Shown piece by piece: positions 1 through 10,698 of a stretch of DNA of 64,000 bases; position 1 is the stretch's first letter; each line of letters begins with the position of its first letter. Source of the DNA: Planktothrix sp. GU0601_MAG3 (GTDB lineage: Bacteria > Cyanobacteriota > Cyanobacteriia > Cyanobacteriales > Microcoleaceae); the NCBI GenBank assembly GCA_035193785.1, contig CP136572.1, forward strand, positions 384,001 to 448,000. The letters run 5' to 3'. The notes below the pieces were generated by a model. The model worked only from the letters and a program-made list of their open reading frames with translations. It had not been told where the DNA came from and made no database searches. The position numbers were made by a program, and so were the translations under genes.

Positions 1-2
1 GA

Positions 3-74
3 AGAACAGTTACTAATAAAGACGGAGAAATCAGTTATCTTCCAGGATGGGTGAAGTTGATTATATTGGGGTAA
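3..74 (+). CDS. 3' end of an upstream gene, probably a type III CRISPR RAMP (Csm5-like); partial
   Basis: Open frame RTVTNKDGEISYLPGWVKLIILG*. PGWVKL resembles the C-terminal GW motif of Csm5-type RAMPs; sits directly before cas6. Confidence 0.4.
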   Translation, partial: RTVTNKDGEISYLPGWVKLIILG

Positions 75-136
75 GTAAGGGCGGGTTTAAATCAGTTTAT
101 GATTGGCATTATAGATTTGGGTGAACCCGCCCCTAC
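75..136. repeat. REP-like palindromic element
   Basis: GTAAGGGCGGGTT...AACCCGCCCCTAC arms; same family as 59550-59611 and 59650-59710. Confidence 0.8.
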
Positions 137-236
137 AGGGACTATCTTTATATAACCAAACATTATATCAGACCTTGAAGATATATAAATCTATCAATGA
201 TTAATACTTCCATTCACTTCCTAACAATTTTTAATC

Positions 237-1002
237 ATGCTCATTCGTTCAACTTGGATATTAACCTCTAATGAAACTACCATTTTACCCCGTGCTTATG
301 GTTTAGAATTGGTGAAACAACTCCATGAACAATTAGGATTAGAAATGGGTAAAGAAGCAATTCCTTCCGTATCTTTTGCCGGATTAACTGGACGTTGTTT
401 AGCATCCGAAGGATTTTTAACCTTTAATTTAGGAGAATTTTATCAGTTATCATTATGTGGATTAGAAGAAAGAGCAGGAAAAGCGATCGCATCGCTCAAT
501 CTTTCCGATTCTATCACATTTTTAGGGGCTAATTTTAATATTATTAATCGAGAAGATGAGATTACCAGTTATGAAGAACTTTATACTACCTTAGTTGCCA
601 ATGAACCCGAACCCACAAGAAAATTTAACCTGCAATTTGTCACCCCCACCGCTTTTTCTCAACAGCAAAACCATTTATCCTTACCTGTTTCCGGCATTAA
701 TGTTTCGCAGTTGGTTAGAGCGTTGGAATCATTTTGCACCCATTTATTTAGGAGGTGATGAATTAATTGCTTATTTAAGTCGTTTAGTCAAACTGCAAAA
801 GCATCAATTAAAAACCCGTAACTTTCAACTTCCCCGTGGTTATTTACCCGGGTGTACGGGTCAAATTACCTTACAAGTTCCCCATCGAATTGATCCATTA
901 TTAGCAAATGTGGCTCATTTATTAGTGAATTATGCCACGTTTGCGGGTACGGGAGTTAAAACCCGATTGGGAATGGGGAAAACAAACATTATCTTTAAAT
1001 AA
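237..1002 (+). CDS. cas6: CRISPR pre-crRNA endoribonuclease Cas6 (one apparent frameshift)
   Basis: FVTPTAF motif and G-rich loop FAGTGVKTRLGMG. ORFs 237-758 and 595-1002 join if one T is removed from GTTTC 687-691. Confidence 0.9.
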
Positions 1003-1012
1003 AGAGGAATTT

Positions 1013-2278
1013 ATGATTAAAGTTATTACATTTTTAGGCGATCGCGGTGGATTAGAAACGGTCTACAGCTATGGAGAAAAAACTTATACGGGTGGAGTAT
1101 TTGCAGAGGCAATTAGTCAATTTTGTCAGTATGATGAAATGTTAGTTTGCGTGACAGATAGAGCTAAAGCTAATACTTGGGAAGTGTTAGAAAAACTTGA
1201 AGATAAACGCATTAAACCTATTGATATTCCAACGGGAAGAACAAATGAAGAAATGTGGGAAACTTTCAAAATTATAGCCGCACAAGTAGATGAGGGAGAT
1301 CATGTTATTTTCGATATCACCCACGGTTTGCGTTCACTTCCATTTCTCGTTTTCTTATTTGCAGCGTATCTCAAAGCAGCTAAAAATGTTACTATTGATG
1401 CAATTTATTATGGAGCATTAGAGTTAAGAGAATCAAAAGAAGCACCTGCTCCTGTGATTGATTTATCTGAATTTGTTGGAATGTTAGATTGGTTAACTGC
1501 TACAGATCGATTTATTACAACAGGTGAAGGTCAATCTTTAGCTAATTTAGTTTATAATGCTGTCCCATCCAAGGCTGAATTGCGCGATGATCCATCAACT
1601 CGACCTCTGAGAAGTCATCTTGAAAAGTCAGCTAAAGCAATTGAAACAATCTCATTAGCTTTAAATATTACCCGACCCATTGAAACTATGAAATCAGCAA
1701 TTGAACTCGAGACAACTTTACAAAAAGCCGAATCTAGTTTTAATCAACGGGCTAAACCTTTTTCTCTATTAGCTGAAAAAATTATTAATGAATATGGACA
1801 ATTTGCCTTAGAAAATGCCACTTATAAAGACGTAACCTTAGATAATCTTTGGCATCAGTTACACATGATTGAATGGTACATAAATCGAGATAAAATCATA
1901 CAAGCTGTCACTTTAGCAAGGGAATGGCTAGTTTCTGTCTTAGTTTTTAATTTTAATCTCCATGAATTTATGTTTGATCTGCACAAAGGTCGTAAGTACG
2001 CTGAAAAAGCTCTTAATAATGGTGTTGAAAAACGCAAAAAAGATCCCCGTCCTATAACGCCTTGTGATTATGATCAAAATTTTGAAGATTTAGCTACAGC
2101 AGATCAATTAGTAGAAATTTGGAGTAAGATGACTGAATTAAGAAATGATATTGCTCATGTGGGAATGAATCTTAATCCTCAGTCTGCAGAAAACATTAAA
2201 AAACAAGCAATTAATCTTTACCCTAAAATTAAGGCAATAGGAGAGTCTATGTTAATTAAGAATACCGATAACGATTAA
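1013..2278 (+). CDS. csx1: CARF-HEPN ribonuclease, Csx1/TM1812-type
   Basis: N-terminal ITFLG, FDITHGLRSLP CARF motif, HEPN R-x4-H (RNDIAH). GAGG RBS before ATG 1013. Confidence 0.88.
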   Translation: MIKVITFLGDRGGLETVYSYGEKTYTGGVFAEAISQFCQYDEMLVCVTDRAKANTWEVLEKLEDKRIKPIDIPTGRTNEEMWETFKIIAAQVDEGDHVIFDITHGLRSLPFLVFLFAAYLKAAKNVTIDAIYYGALELRESKEAPAPVIDLSEFVGMLDWLTATDRFITTGEGQSLANLVYNAVPSKAELRDDPSTRPLRSHLEKSAKAIETISLALNITRPIETMKSAIELETTLQKAESSFNQRAKPFSLLAEKIINEYGQFALENATYKDVTLDNLWHQLHMIEWYINRDKIIQAVTLAREWLVSVLVFNFNLHEFMFDLHKGRKYAEKALNNGVEKRKKDPRPITPCDYDQNFEDLATADQLVEIWSKMTELRNDIAHVGMNLNPQSAENIKKQAINLYPKIKAIGESMLIKNTDND

Positions 2279-2370
2279 ACTTCAAATAAATTTTATGGGT
2301 TCGTGCGCTTTGATGGCTGCACCCTACAAATTTAAGTTATTATTGAAGTGAGTCAAGATCATGAACTTCT

Positions 2371-2983
2371 ATGACCCTAACCTCAATTTCCACTAAACAA
2401 CTCACTTTCACAGAATTTTTAGAACAACTTCCTGATGACGCGGGACGTTATGAATTGGTGAATGGAGAAATTGTGAGAACATTAGCAACTCGACAACACG
2501 ATAATATTGCCGATTTTATTGCACGACAGTTTGATAAAGAAGTTGAACGTCTTCATCTTAACTATCGAGTATCGGGTCGAGTTGTAGTCAGGACATTAAC
2601 CGCTAATGGTCGAGAACAGGGAAGACAACCGGATGTGAGTATAGTGGATAAAACCCTTTGGAACTCAAATCTTTCTGCTTATACAGCTTTTATTGAAACC
2701 CCTTCAGTTAGCGGTTGAAATTGTATCAACAAATTGGGAAGATGATTATGTTGATAAATTAGATGAATATCAACGGCTAGGGATTTCTGAATATTGGATT
2801 GTGGATTATTTAGCGATCGCATCTCGTTCCTATTTAGGAAACCCTAAAATTCCTACTGTTTTTGTCTATCAGCTTGATAAAACAGGAATTTATCAACATC
2901 AATCTTATCAAGGAATAGATTTAATTCTATCGCCTACTTTTCGTGAACTGCAATTAACCGTTGAACAAATCTTAAACCCTTAA
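2371..2983 (+). CDS. Uma2 family (PD-(D/E)XK) endonuclease (apparent frameshift)
   Basis: RYELVNGEI, QPDVSI, LAVEIVS, GISEYWIVD motifs; frames join at GAAAC 2695-2699. Confidence 0.88.
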
Positions 2984-2992
2984 TTTATCATT

Positions 2993-4172
2993 ATGAAAAC
3001 TACCCTAATTTCTACCGTCGGAACTAGCTTAATTTATCCTAATTTATCAGGACTTCCTATTGATCAAACAACTTATGAAGTCTGGTTAAAACGTCAACCT
3101 TTATCGGAGCAACCTTTATTTAGTTATGAACTCATCTCCAATATTAGAACAGCGTTACAGCAGAAAAACTGGAAACAACTAGCAGACTATTTAGGACAAA
3201 TCCCCGGAACAACCCGACTCTGTGGCGCGGAAATTAACTCAATTACCGATTTAATTCAACGAAAATACTGTATCGAAAAATGCAGCTTAATGTTTTGTCA
3301 TTCAGCAACACCAGAGGGAGAAAATATTGCGGAAATCTTGAAATATTATTATCAAAATCAAGGACATCGTACCGAAACCCAAAAAATTGAAGGGTTACAG
3401 GATGATCAACCGAAACTTTTTAGAACCAAAGGACTGCGAAATTTAGCAAAAACCATTAGTCAAATTGTGCGGGAACAAACGCCACAATATTGTGCAATTA
3501 ATGCGACCGGGGGTTATAAAGCTCAAATTGCGATCGCAGTTTTAATGGGACAAGCATTAGGAGTTCCCGTTTATTATAAACATGAACGCTTTAGCGAAAT
3601 TATCGCTTTTCCTCCCATGCCCATTGGTTTAGATTTTAGTTTATGGTTAGAAAAAACTGGTTTATTAAGTGCTTTAGATCGTCAAGATTTAGTGCAATGG
3701 CAAGAAGTGGAAGAAGACTGGGATGAACGTCTGGAAGCATTAGTAGAAACGAGTGGAGATGGATGGAAAAATATATTTAGAATTATCTCCCACGGGTCAA
3801 ATTTTTCACGAAACTTTTAAGGGTCGTTTTGCTTCAGAATACGATCAAGTTTTACCCCCTGCGGTTCCTATTTCTCAGAAACAACAACCGGATTTAACCA
3901 GTCATGGTTGGGGAAATGCTAGAACTCCTATTTTAAATTGGTTACAAAAAATTACCGATGATTGTAGTTATGTTCAATCCTGCCGTACCCATTATTGGAA
4001 TCAACATTTACCCGCACCTGTGTTATTTAGATTGAGAGGAGAACAAATTGAAGGTGTGTTTAGTAATGGCACTTGGACAGTGAAATTTTATGTTGATACC
4101 TCATCTAATACCCCAGGACAACGGGCGGCTTGTGTAGCAGCTTTAAATCAGAAAATAGAACAGTGGAAATAA
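2993..4172 (+). CDS. APE2256/Sso1393-type CARF protein (Crn1-like ring nuclease) with wHTH and extra C-terminal domain (apparent frameshift)
   Basis: STVGTS, AEINS, INATGGYKA and YYKHE motifs of the APE2256 family; frames join at GAAAC 3746-3750. Confidence 0.82.
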
Positions 4173-4233
4173 GGATTAAACAGGAACAAAACTAGAATAA
4201 TAAAAATGGTTTCTGTATAATGGAATAGGTTGC

Positions 4234-5323
4234 CTACTTCAACCCCTGACGGGCTAATTTGGCATAGGTTTTAACCGTTTCATAGGGCATTTCTAAGTCC
4301 TCAGCAATCTCTTTTAACGATTCCCCAAACTCTTGACGAGCTAAAATTGTAGCCCTAGTTTCACAGACCTGCATTGCCCTTGTCCCTCCCGTGCGTTTTT
4401 GAGTTTGCATTAGGGTTTGGGTAATTTGTTCCACCCGTTGAGCAAATAATATCTCAACTGTTGTAGTTTCTAATAATTGTTGTTGCGTCCATCCTAACTG
4501 AGTTTGACCTAAACCAAAGGTAGTTTTATGTCCGGTTCCACAATAGGGCGCAAATTCACCTAATGCCGAGAATAATTGCACAAATTCCGGTTGATTATAG
4601 GCTTCTTCTGCTAATCTATATTCAATCGCACCCGTAAACCCAGTTACCGACCCTCTTTTACCCGCAGAAACTTTCAAAGATTGTAATTGATGACGCAAAA
4701 TTATCACATTTTCATCGACCCAATTTAAAAACATATCCTGGTCAAAAGACTGTTGAGAAAAATCATTCCAACGCCGCAAATAACTATGAAATACATTAAA
4801 GGGTAAGGGTAAAGGAAAATGATGTCCTTTGCGCCGAAAGCTCGTAGGAGAAATAAAACTTAAGGCTAAATTTTGGGTGATGGGAGTTTGAAATAACTGT
4901 TGATAGGTTGTGGGAGTTTGAGCGATTTTAATTTCTTTAATATTTAGTTGAACTTGTCGTAAGTTAACGGTTTTTGGTGGGGTTTTCAACCAGGTTTTTA
5001 ACCCATTAACCATTGCTTGAGATAAGGCACTAACTGACCATTGATAGGTTTGATTAGCATAAACTTGTAGTTGTTTTCCGGCCGTTTCCTATCTCTCCTT
5101 GTAACCCCGATAATGTAAAGGGTTTTTCTGATTGTCCATCATGCAAATATTGAGATAATTGGGGATCAATTTGACGGATTTGATCCAAAAACCAAGCATG
5201 AAGTCCAATCGTATATTGAGGAATTAATAAAGCATCGGTTTCAGGAACTAATTGAAAGGTCACGGCCACAAGTTCGGTGGTATCTGGAAAATTTAAAGGA
5301 GAAGATGATGTTTTTTTTGTCAT
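4234..5323 (-). CDS. cas6: Second Cas6 with C-terminal helix-turn-helix extension (apparent frameshift)
   Basis: GLHAWFLDQ, KPFTLS, FISPTSF and YCGTGHKTTFGLG motifs; tail SLKEIAEDLEMPYETVKTY is HTH-like. Confidence 0.88.
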
Positions 5324-5417
5324 ATCAATTAGTTGAGAGAGTTTTGAAAAGTGAGAAGATGTTTATAGACAATTAGGGAGATGGAGATACTATAATTTAG
5401 CGATCGCAGTTAGTCTT

Positions 5418-6171
5418 TTACTCAGATAGAATGGGAGTCAATTGTTGTTCCACTTCATGAATATAGTCTGTTAATCCTGTATGAATACCTCTTTCTCGTA
5501 GAAGTCCCAGACTCGTCTCCTCCCAACATTGCTGCTGGCGTTCCATCTCTCCTCCTGTTAACTTTTCGAGAACAACTTTAGGATTTCTAATTCGATCAGG
5601 TTCATCAAATAACTTATATCGTAATCTGTGTGATTCTTTACAAGGATCAAAGGTCAATTTTTGTGTTATATCTTCTAAAATTTCTTCTTCCTGTTGATTC
5701 AAGGGAATAAACCCATTTAAAACCCATGCTTCCTGCGTTTCGGTCGGCTGTACCAATAACAATTTCTAATTGATCTTTATGTTCTGAACGCGCTTGCTTG
5801 ATATGTTCCTTTCGTTGCGGTTGATTGTCTAAATCACGAATAAAGATAACTGCTTTAATATCTCTATTTTGTTTATATTGTAGAAAGTTGATTAACTGCA
5901 TAACTTTACTAGCTGATTGACCATCCGTTTTTAATTTTCCATTGGATCTGATTTTGGGCAACTTAAATTGATCGGAAAGACGTTGAGTTATATCAACGAT
6001 ATCTGTCCAGCAAGAATTTTCTGTACCTGCTTCTAAACCACTCCATCGGAATAAATATTGAAGTTGTTCATCTTCTAACCATTTAATTTTCTCTACTAAA
6101 ATGCGCTCGGCTAATTTAGTAGCGGTTCGTGCGTCTGCGCTACTTTCTACAATCACAATAAATTCAGTCAT
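5418..6171 (-). CDS. TOPRIM-like (DUF4276/RloB-like) putative nuclease partner of the ATPase (apparent frameshift)
   Basis: IVIVESSAD (conserved E), FIRDLD (DxD), EAW motif; start overlaps the ATPase stop (ATGACTGA). Confidence 0.65.
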
Positions 6172-7306
6172 TGATTTCTCCTGTAACAACCCAATCTTCC
6201 CCTTCAGCATCCCAAAATTCCCCCGTTGTTAACGTTTTTTTTGCCCATTCTACATCAGGATGTTCATCCAATCTTTTACAACAAGTAAAACCTGAATTTG
6301 TGTTACTTAATATATGAACTTGAGAGGGAGTCAGTTCATCCACAATATAAGGAGAATGGGTTGAAAAAATAATTTGCAAATTATTGTTTGCTTGAATAAT
6401 TTCTTTAAAAACAGTCATTAATTCTCGTTGTGCTTTGGGGTGTAGTCCCTGTTCAATATCATCAAGTAACACTAAATTAGGTTGTTTGGGACTCATCAGA
6501 ACAGTCAATAATCCCAGAGTGAGCGTTGTTCCCTCACTAATAGCATGGGCTGGAATTCGTTCACCTGTATTCATATCTAGGACAACTTCTTGCCCCGCCA
6601 TTTCCTGACTTTCTTCGTATGAAATAGATTTTCCATCGACTTCGATTAAGCGTTGACGATTGACTTTAACCTTAGCTCGTCTAACACCTACCTCCCTAAC
6701 ACCGGGTACAATTCGTTTCAACATTTCTTGCAAGGATTGAAATTGATCTGGAGCTTCATTACGAAGATAATCTAAGGTTGGTGCTAACCCTGAACCATCG
6801 AACTCAACTCGCGGCATAATAGCATCACTATAAGCAGCTTTGGCAAGATTTGTGGCTACTAGCTTCAGGTGAACCGAGTATCTTAAGACTTGGGGTATGG
6901 GATCTTTAGCATTACTTAATGAGCTATCCCATCCTTTCACATTTCCCTGATTTTGATCAACCTTCCATGATGCTTTTGGAAACCAGGGAGGATTAACTCC
7001 TTGTTTCCACTGATAGGACGCTTCCCAGTTTCTTGGATTATGGTATCCCCAGAAACCACTTCCAATAACAGACATATTATTTTGACCAGTTGTTATCAGA
7101 AATTCAGGAGATCTTTCATACTTAAAAATATTGGCAAATGATGAATAATCATAACTAGCAAGCCGACTCAGATAATGTAATGCTTGCAAAACGGATGTTT
7201 TACCAGAACTATTCTGTCCTACGAGTGCGTGTAGGCGTGAATCATCGAAACTCAGTTGCGTTGAACGATGACTTTTGAAGTTATGAAGTTTTACCCTTTC
7301 TAGCAT
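6164..7306 (-). CDS. ABC-type AAA ATPase (AAA_21/AbiEii-like)
   Basis: NFKS, Walker A GQNSSGKT, signature ISEGT, Walker B VLLDDIEQGLHP, switch STHSP. Confidence 0.9.
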   Translation of the reverse strand: MLERVKLHNFKSHRSTQLSFDDSRLHALVGQNSSGKTSVLQALHYLSRLASYDYSSFANIFKYERSPEFLITTGQNNMSVIGSGFWGYHNPRNWEASYQWKQGVNPPWFPKASWKVDQNQGNVKGWDSSLSNAKDPIPQVLRYSVHLKLVATNLAKAAYSDAIMPRVEFDGSGLAPTLDYLRNEAPDQFQSLQEMLKRIVPGVREVGVRRAKVKVNRQRLIEVDGKSISYEESQEMAGQEVVLDMNTGERIPAHAISEGTTLTLGLLTVLMSPKQPNLVLLDDIEQGLHPKAQRELMTVFKEIIQANNNLQIIFSTHSPYIVDELTPSQVHILSNTNSGFTCCKRLDEHPDVEWAKKTLTTGEFWDAEGEDWVVTGEIND

Positions 7307-7390
7307 TAGATTATGAACATTTTTGTATATAGTGTGATTATGGATTTTATCAGTTAGTTAAAAAAATTGCAACCTACCATTAAATATGAT

Positions 7391-7465
7391 AAAATTCGCT
7401 TTAATTGTTCTGAGGAAGAATTGCAACTTTATCTTCCCGATGGTCAATTTTTTGTTAGCTATTAG
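7391..7465 (+). pseudogene. Uma2 C-terminal remnant
   Basis: Translates KIRFNCSEEELQLYLPDGQFFVSY*, like the C-terminal strands of cyanobacterial Uma2 proteins; no N-terminal part. Confidence 0.5.
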
Positions 7466-7497
7466 GAAATATATTGTTTAAATACAAAGACAGCCGA

Positions 7498-9328
7498 TCA
7501 TTTTTTCCCTGTTCGATTATCTTGAAAAGATGTACCAATACCTTGTAAAAGACCCTTTCCAATTAAACCTAGTCCCCGACCAACAACATTGGTTAAAACA
7601 TAAACAATAGCACTTCCGACAAAGGAAATCGCCGCCCGCAGAGGGGGAGCAACTGCATCGCGGGTTTCTAATATTAATGTTACTGTTAAGGGAATTCCTG
7701 ATAACTTTTCTAACTCATCTCGGCGGGGAGAATAAATCACCTGTTTTTGAATTCCTCTTTCTCCTAAAACTAAGAGTAAATAAGAACTTTCAAAAATTGC
7801 TTTGGGTTTCAGCGACATATTGCTCCAGACGATATCGCCAGGACAAACTATTTCTAAATTTCTCAATTTCACGGGTTGATAATAAACGCCGATCATAAAA
7901 TTTTAGTTTGATTTCTTCATAATCTGAAAAATAATTTAGTAAAGGTTGAATGATCGCATTGGCGACTTGAATTAATAGATTTTGTAATAACGCTTCTGCA
8001 CGTTCCATTGCATCTAAACCTCCCGCCGGACAGGATAAATTATCAATTGTTAAGGGTCTACAAAATAATAAATGCTCAAATAAATCCTTAACTAGAGGGA
8101 TTTTATTTAAAATATTTTCTTGAATCAAATCAGCATCTTTTAATATAATTGTCACAATTTCTATATTTTGGTTATTCTTAGTAACAGTATAATATTTTCC
8201 AAAAAAATCGAAAGTTGCAGATTGCCAAAAGTCCGTAATTAAACTAGGTATTTTTTCAGCTAGTTGTTCATATTGAATGTCAGATAAGATTAATTCATCT
8301 AATAATATTTCTAATTGTTTTAGTAAAATATACAACAATTCTCGTTTTTTAGATAATCGTAGAATATCAATTTCTAAAGGCATTCCGGTTAGATTGATTA
8401 ATCCAGATTGCAATTTCATTACTGTTTTATCAAATAAAACTGATTTTAAATTATTGGCTACAATAGCTGAATTTTGATCGTCAATAGAGTTATTATTTAC
8501 AACTAAAGCACTGTTTAAATAATCTTTTTGAGATTCATAATTATCCGGGTTAAAATTAGTAAAATTATCCCTAGCTATAACAGTAGAATCCTCAAGAATT
8601 GGGGAGGTTTTATCCGATGAAAGTTTATCAATAATCCAACGGGCTGTTAACAGTTCTCGCCGTTTTCCAGTCAGAATTAACTTATTAATAATCGTAATAG
8701 TATCTTGTTGATTTAATTCTTCTAAATTCTGTTTGATTTCTTGATTAACTTCCGCGATCGCTTGCTCAATTTGTCGGAGTCCTGGTTGAACTAAAAAACC
8801 TCGAATTTTACCCAAAAATGATCCGGTTTTTAGAGATATAATTTCCGCAACTGGTTCTCGATTTAATGCAGCTAAAGATTCTAACCAATAGCGTTCTCCC
8901 GCCACCAACTGATGAATAATGATCACCAATTGCCTGACTGGAATCCCCTTATTACAATAACCATCCACACCAATTTTTTGGGCTGCTAGTAACAAATAGG
9001 GTTGTTTAACTGTAGTTAACAACAGAATCGAAATTTGAGGATATTGGATTTTTAACTGTTGGCAAAAATCCAAAACAGGGTGAGTTGTAACCGCCGGATT
9101 TTCCCTAAATTTTAACCCCAATTCCAAAATAATTAAATCAACGGGTTTCTGATCTTCTGAATTAATCTTAGTTTCATTTCCCGTTGCCAAAACTCTTAAT
9201 GCAGCCTCTAAACTTTCAACCTCTGCGACCACTTCTAAATCAGAAAATAGCCCTAATGCAGTTATTAACCCCATGCGAAAAATAGGGTCATCGTCAATAA
9301 TTAAAAGTCGTACAGCAGATGAGGTCAT
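7498..9328 (-). CDS. ycf55: Ycf55/DUF3685 protein with N-terminal receiver domain (apparent frameshift)
   Basis: LLIIDDDPIFRMGL receiver, PLEIDIL, LLSTREIEKFRN, ILETRDAVAP motifs. Confidence 0.88.
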
Positions 9329-9334
9329 AAAACA

Positions 9335-9973
9335 TTAAATATCGGGTTTCGGATGGTGTTCTACTAAATCCACCAAAGTATTAATAATTCGATCCCGTTC
9401 CATCGGAATAATTTCCTTGCCTTGCAAAATCTCTTGCATGATCACATAATGGGCTAGGGTTCCAATGATTATCCGCGCCATGGCTTCGGGGTCACGAATA
9501 GCAATATAGCGCTGAGTTGTTAGATATTGTGTTAAAACTTCAATTCCCGGTTTTCCCAAATGATGTACAAAGGTTTTAGCTAACTCGGGAAATCGCCCCG
9601 ACTCCCCAATCACCAGACGCACAAAAGCTAAATGTTCCTGATCGTCGAGGGAATTATCTAAAATTGTATTGGCGATTTGCCGCACCACAACAGTCGGTTC
9701 AGCTTCCATCAATTCGGCTTGGTGGGACTCCACCATAATTTGATATTTTTTCTGGGCCAACCGCTTGACCAGGGCAATAAATAACCCTTCTTTGTCCCCA
9801 AAATGGTTATAAACCGTCGCCTTCGACACTCCCGCCGATGCAGCAACCCGATCCATACTGGTTCCCGCATAGCCATGCACCAAAAATTCTTGCAGCGCCC
9901 CCTCAAAAATTTGTTCGGCTTTCTCGCAAATACTATCCAAATGGGAGATTTCGGTCTGTTCTACTGCGTTCAT
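9335..9973 (-). CDS. TetR/AcrR family transcriptional regulator
   Basis: GYAGTSMDRVAASAGVSKATVYNHFGDKEGLF HTH; start could extend to 10018. Confidence 0.92.
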   Translation of the reverse strand: MNAVEQTEISHLDSICEKAEQIFEGALQEFLVHGYAGTSMDRVAASAGVSKATVYNHFGDKEGLFIALVKRLAQKKYQIMVESHQAELMEAEPTVVVRQIANTILDNSLDDQEHLAFVRLVIGESGRFPELAKTFVHHLGKPGIEVLTQYLTTQRYIAIRDPEAMARIIIGTLAHYVIMQEILQGKEIIPMERDRIINTLVDLVEHHPKPDI

Positions 9974-10065
9974 AAAAAATACAGGGGAGATTTGTAAATG
10001 ACTGTGTTTTGAAACCACGAGAGGAAAATCGACTCAGGCTAATACATTCAATAGAAATTCCTCCT

Positions 10066-10508
10066 TTGACACTCCCTCGCCGTAAAACTGGGGGATTCTT
10101 GAGCTAACAACCGCCCTTTTTGGTTTCCCATACTTAGGTCTTACACTGTTATGTCCCATCCGAACTTGCTAGAAGATCACTTGTTATCTAGTGTCCTTTT
10201 TCTGGATGGCTCTCCAAGCGTTTTGGTATTTCAACCAAGATTCGGGTATGCCCTACCCTATCTATCTTGCGACAAAAGCTTTTCTAGTTATTCATTCACC
10301 AATGTCAACTGGTTACTGTCTTGTTTAAAGAGTATTCAGTGGCTCTTGCTTATTTGTTTTCTCCTCAAAAGTGCTGCCTTGTTTCAGCATAATTTTCACG
10401 ATGTGAGCGGGATTTCAACCTGAAAGCCTTTCCATTGTATCATAAAACCGTCCCCCATTTTCATGAGGGCAAGCCTGAAAGGACGGGGTTTTAAACCCAA
10501 AATTTTCG
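10066..10508 (-). mobile_element. Non-autonomous IS200/IS605-family derivative without tnpA/tnpB
   Basis: Minus strand: TTAT|CGAAAATTTTGGGTTTAAAACCCCGTCC left end; right end AAGAATCCCC...GGGAGTGTCAA preceded by GTAGGGCATACCCGAA, typical of tnpB 3' ends. Confidence 0.75.
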
Positions 10509-10698
10509 ATAATTCCCTACATTGTAGTAATTTTAGTCGATAATCTCCCCTTGGCAATAATTAGAAAATTTTTTCTGGAATTTATTGACGGGTTTGTGTA
10601 GCAATCTTTGGTAAACAGTTATCCGTTATCAGTAAACAGTTATCAGTGTAAAAATTAATCGTTAAATGTTAATTTTAATTATACAAAAAACCAAAATT

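Noticed and set aside
932..1012. N-terminal extension of csx1 given by the ORF track
   Set aside because: Overlaps the cas6 end; RBS and family motif favour ATG 1013.
10151..10423. 90-aa ORF as a gene
   Set aside because: Lies inside the IS605 derivative, antisense to its orientation, with no recognisable motifs.
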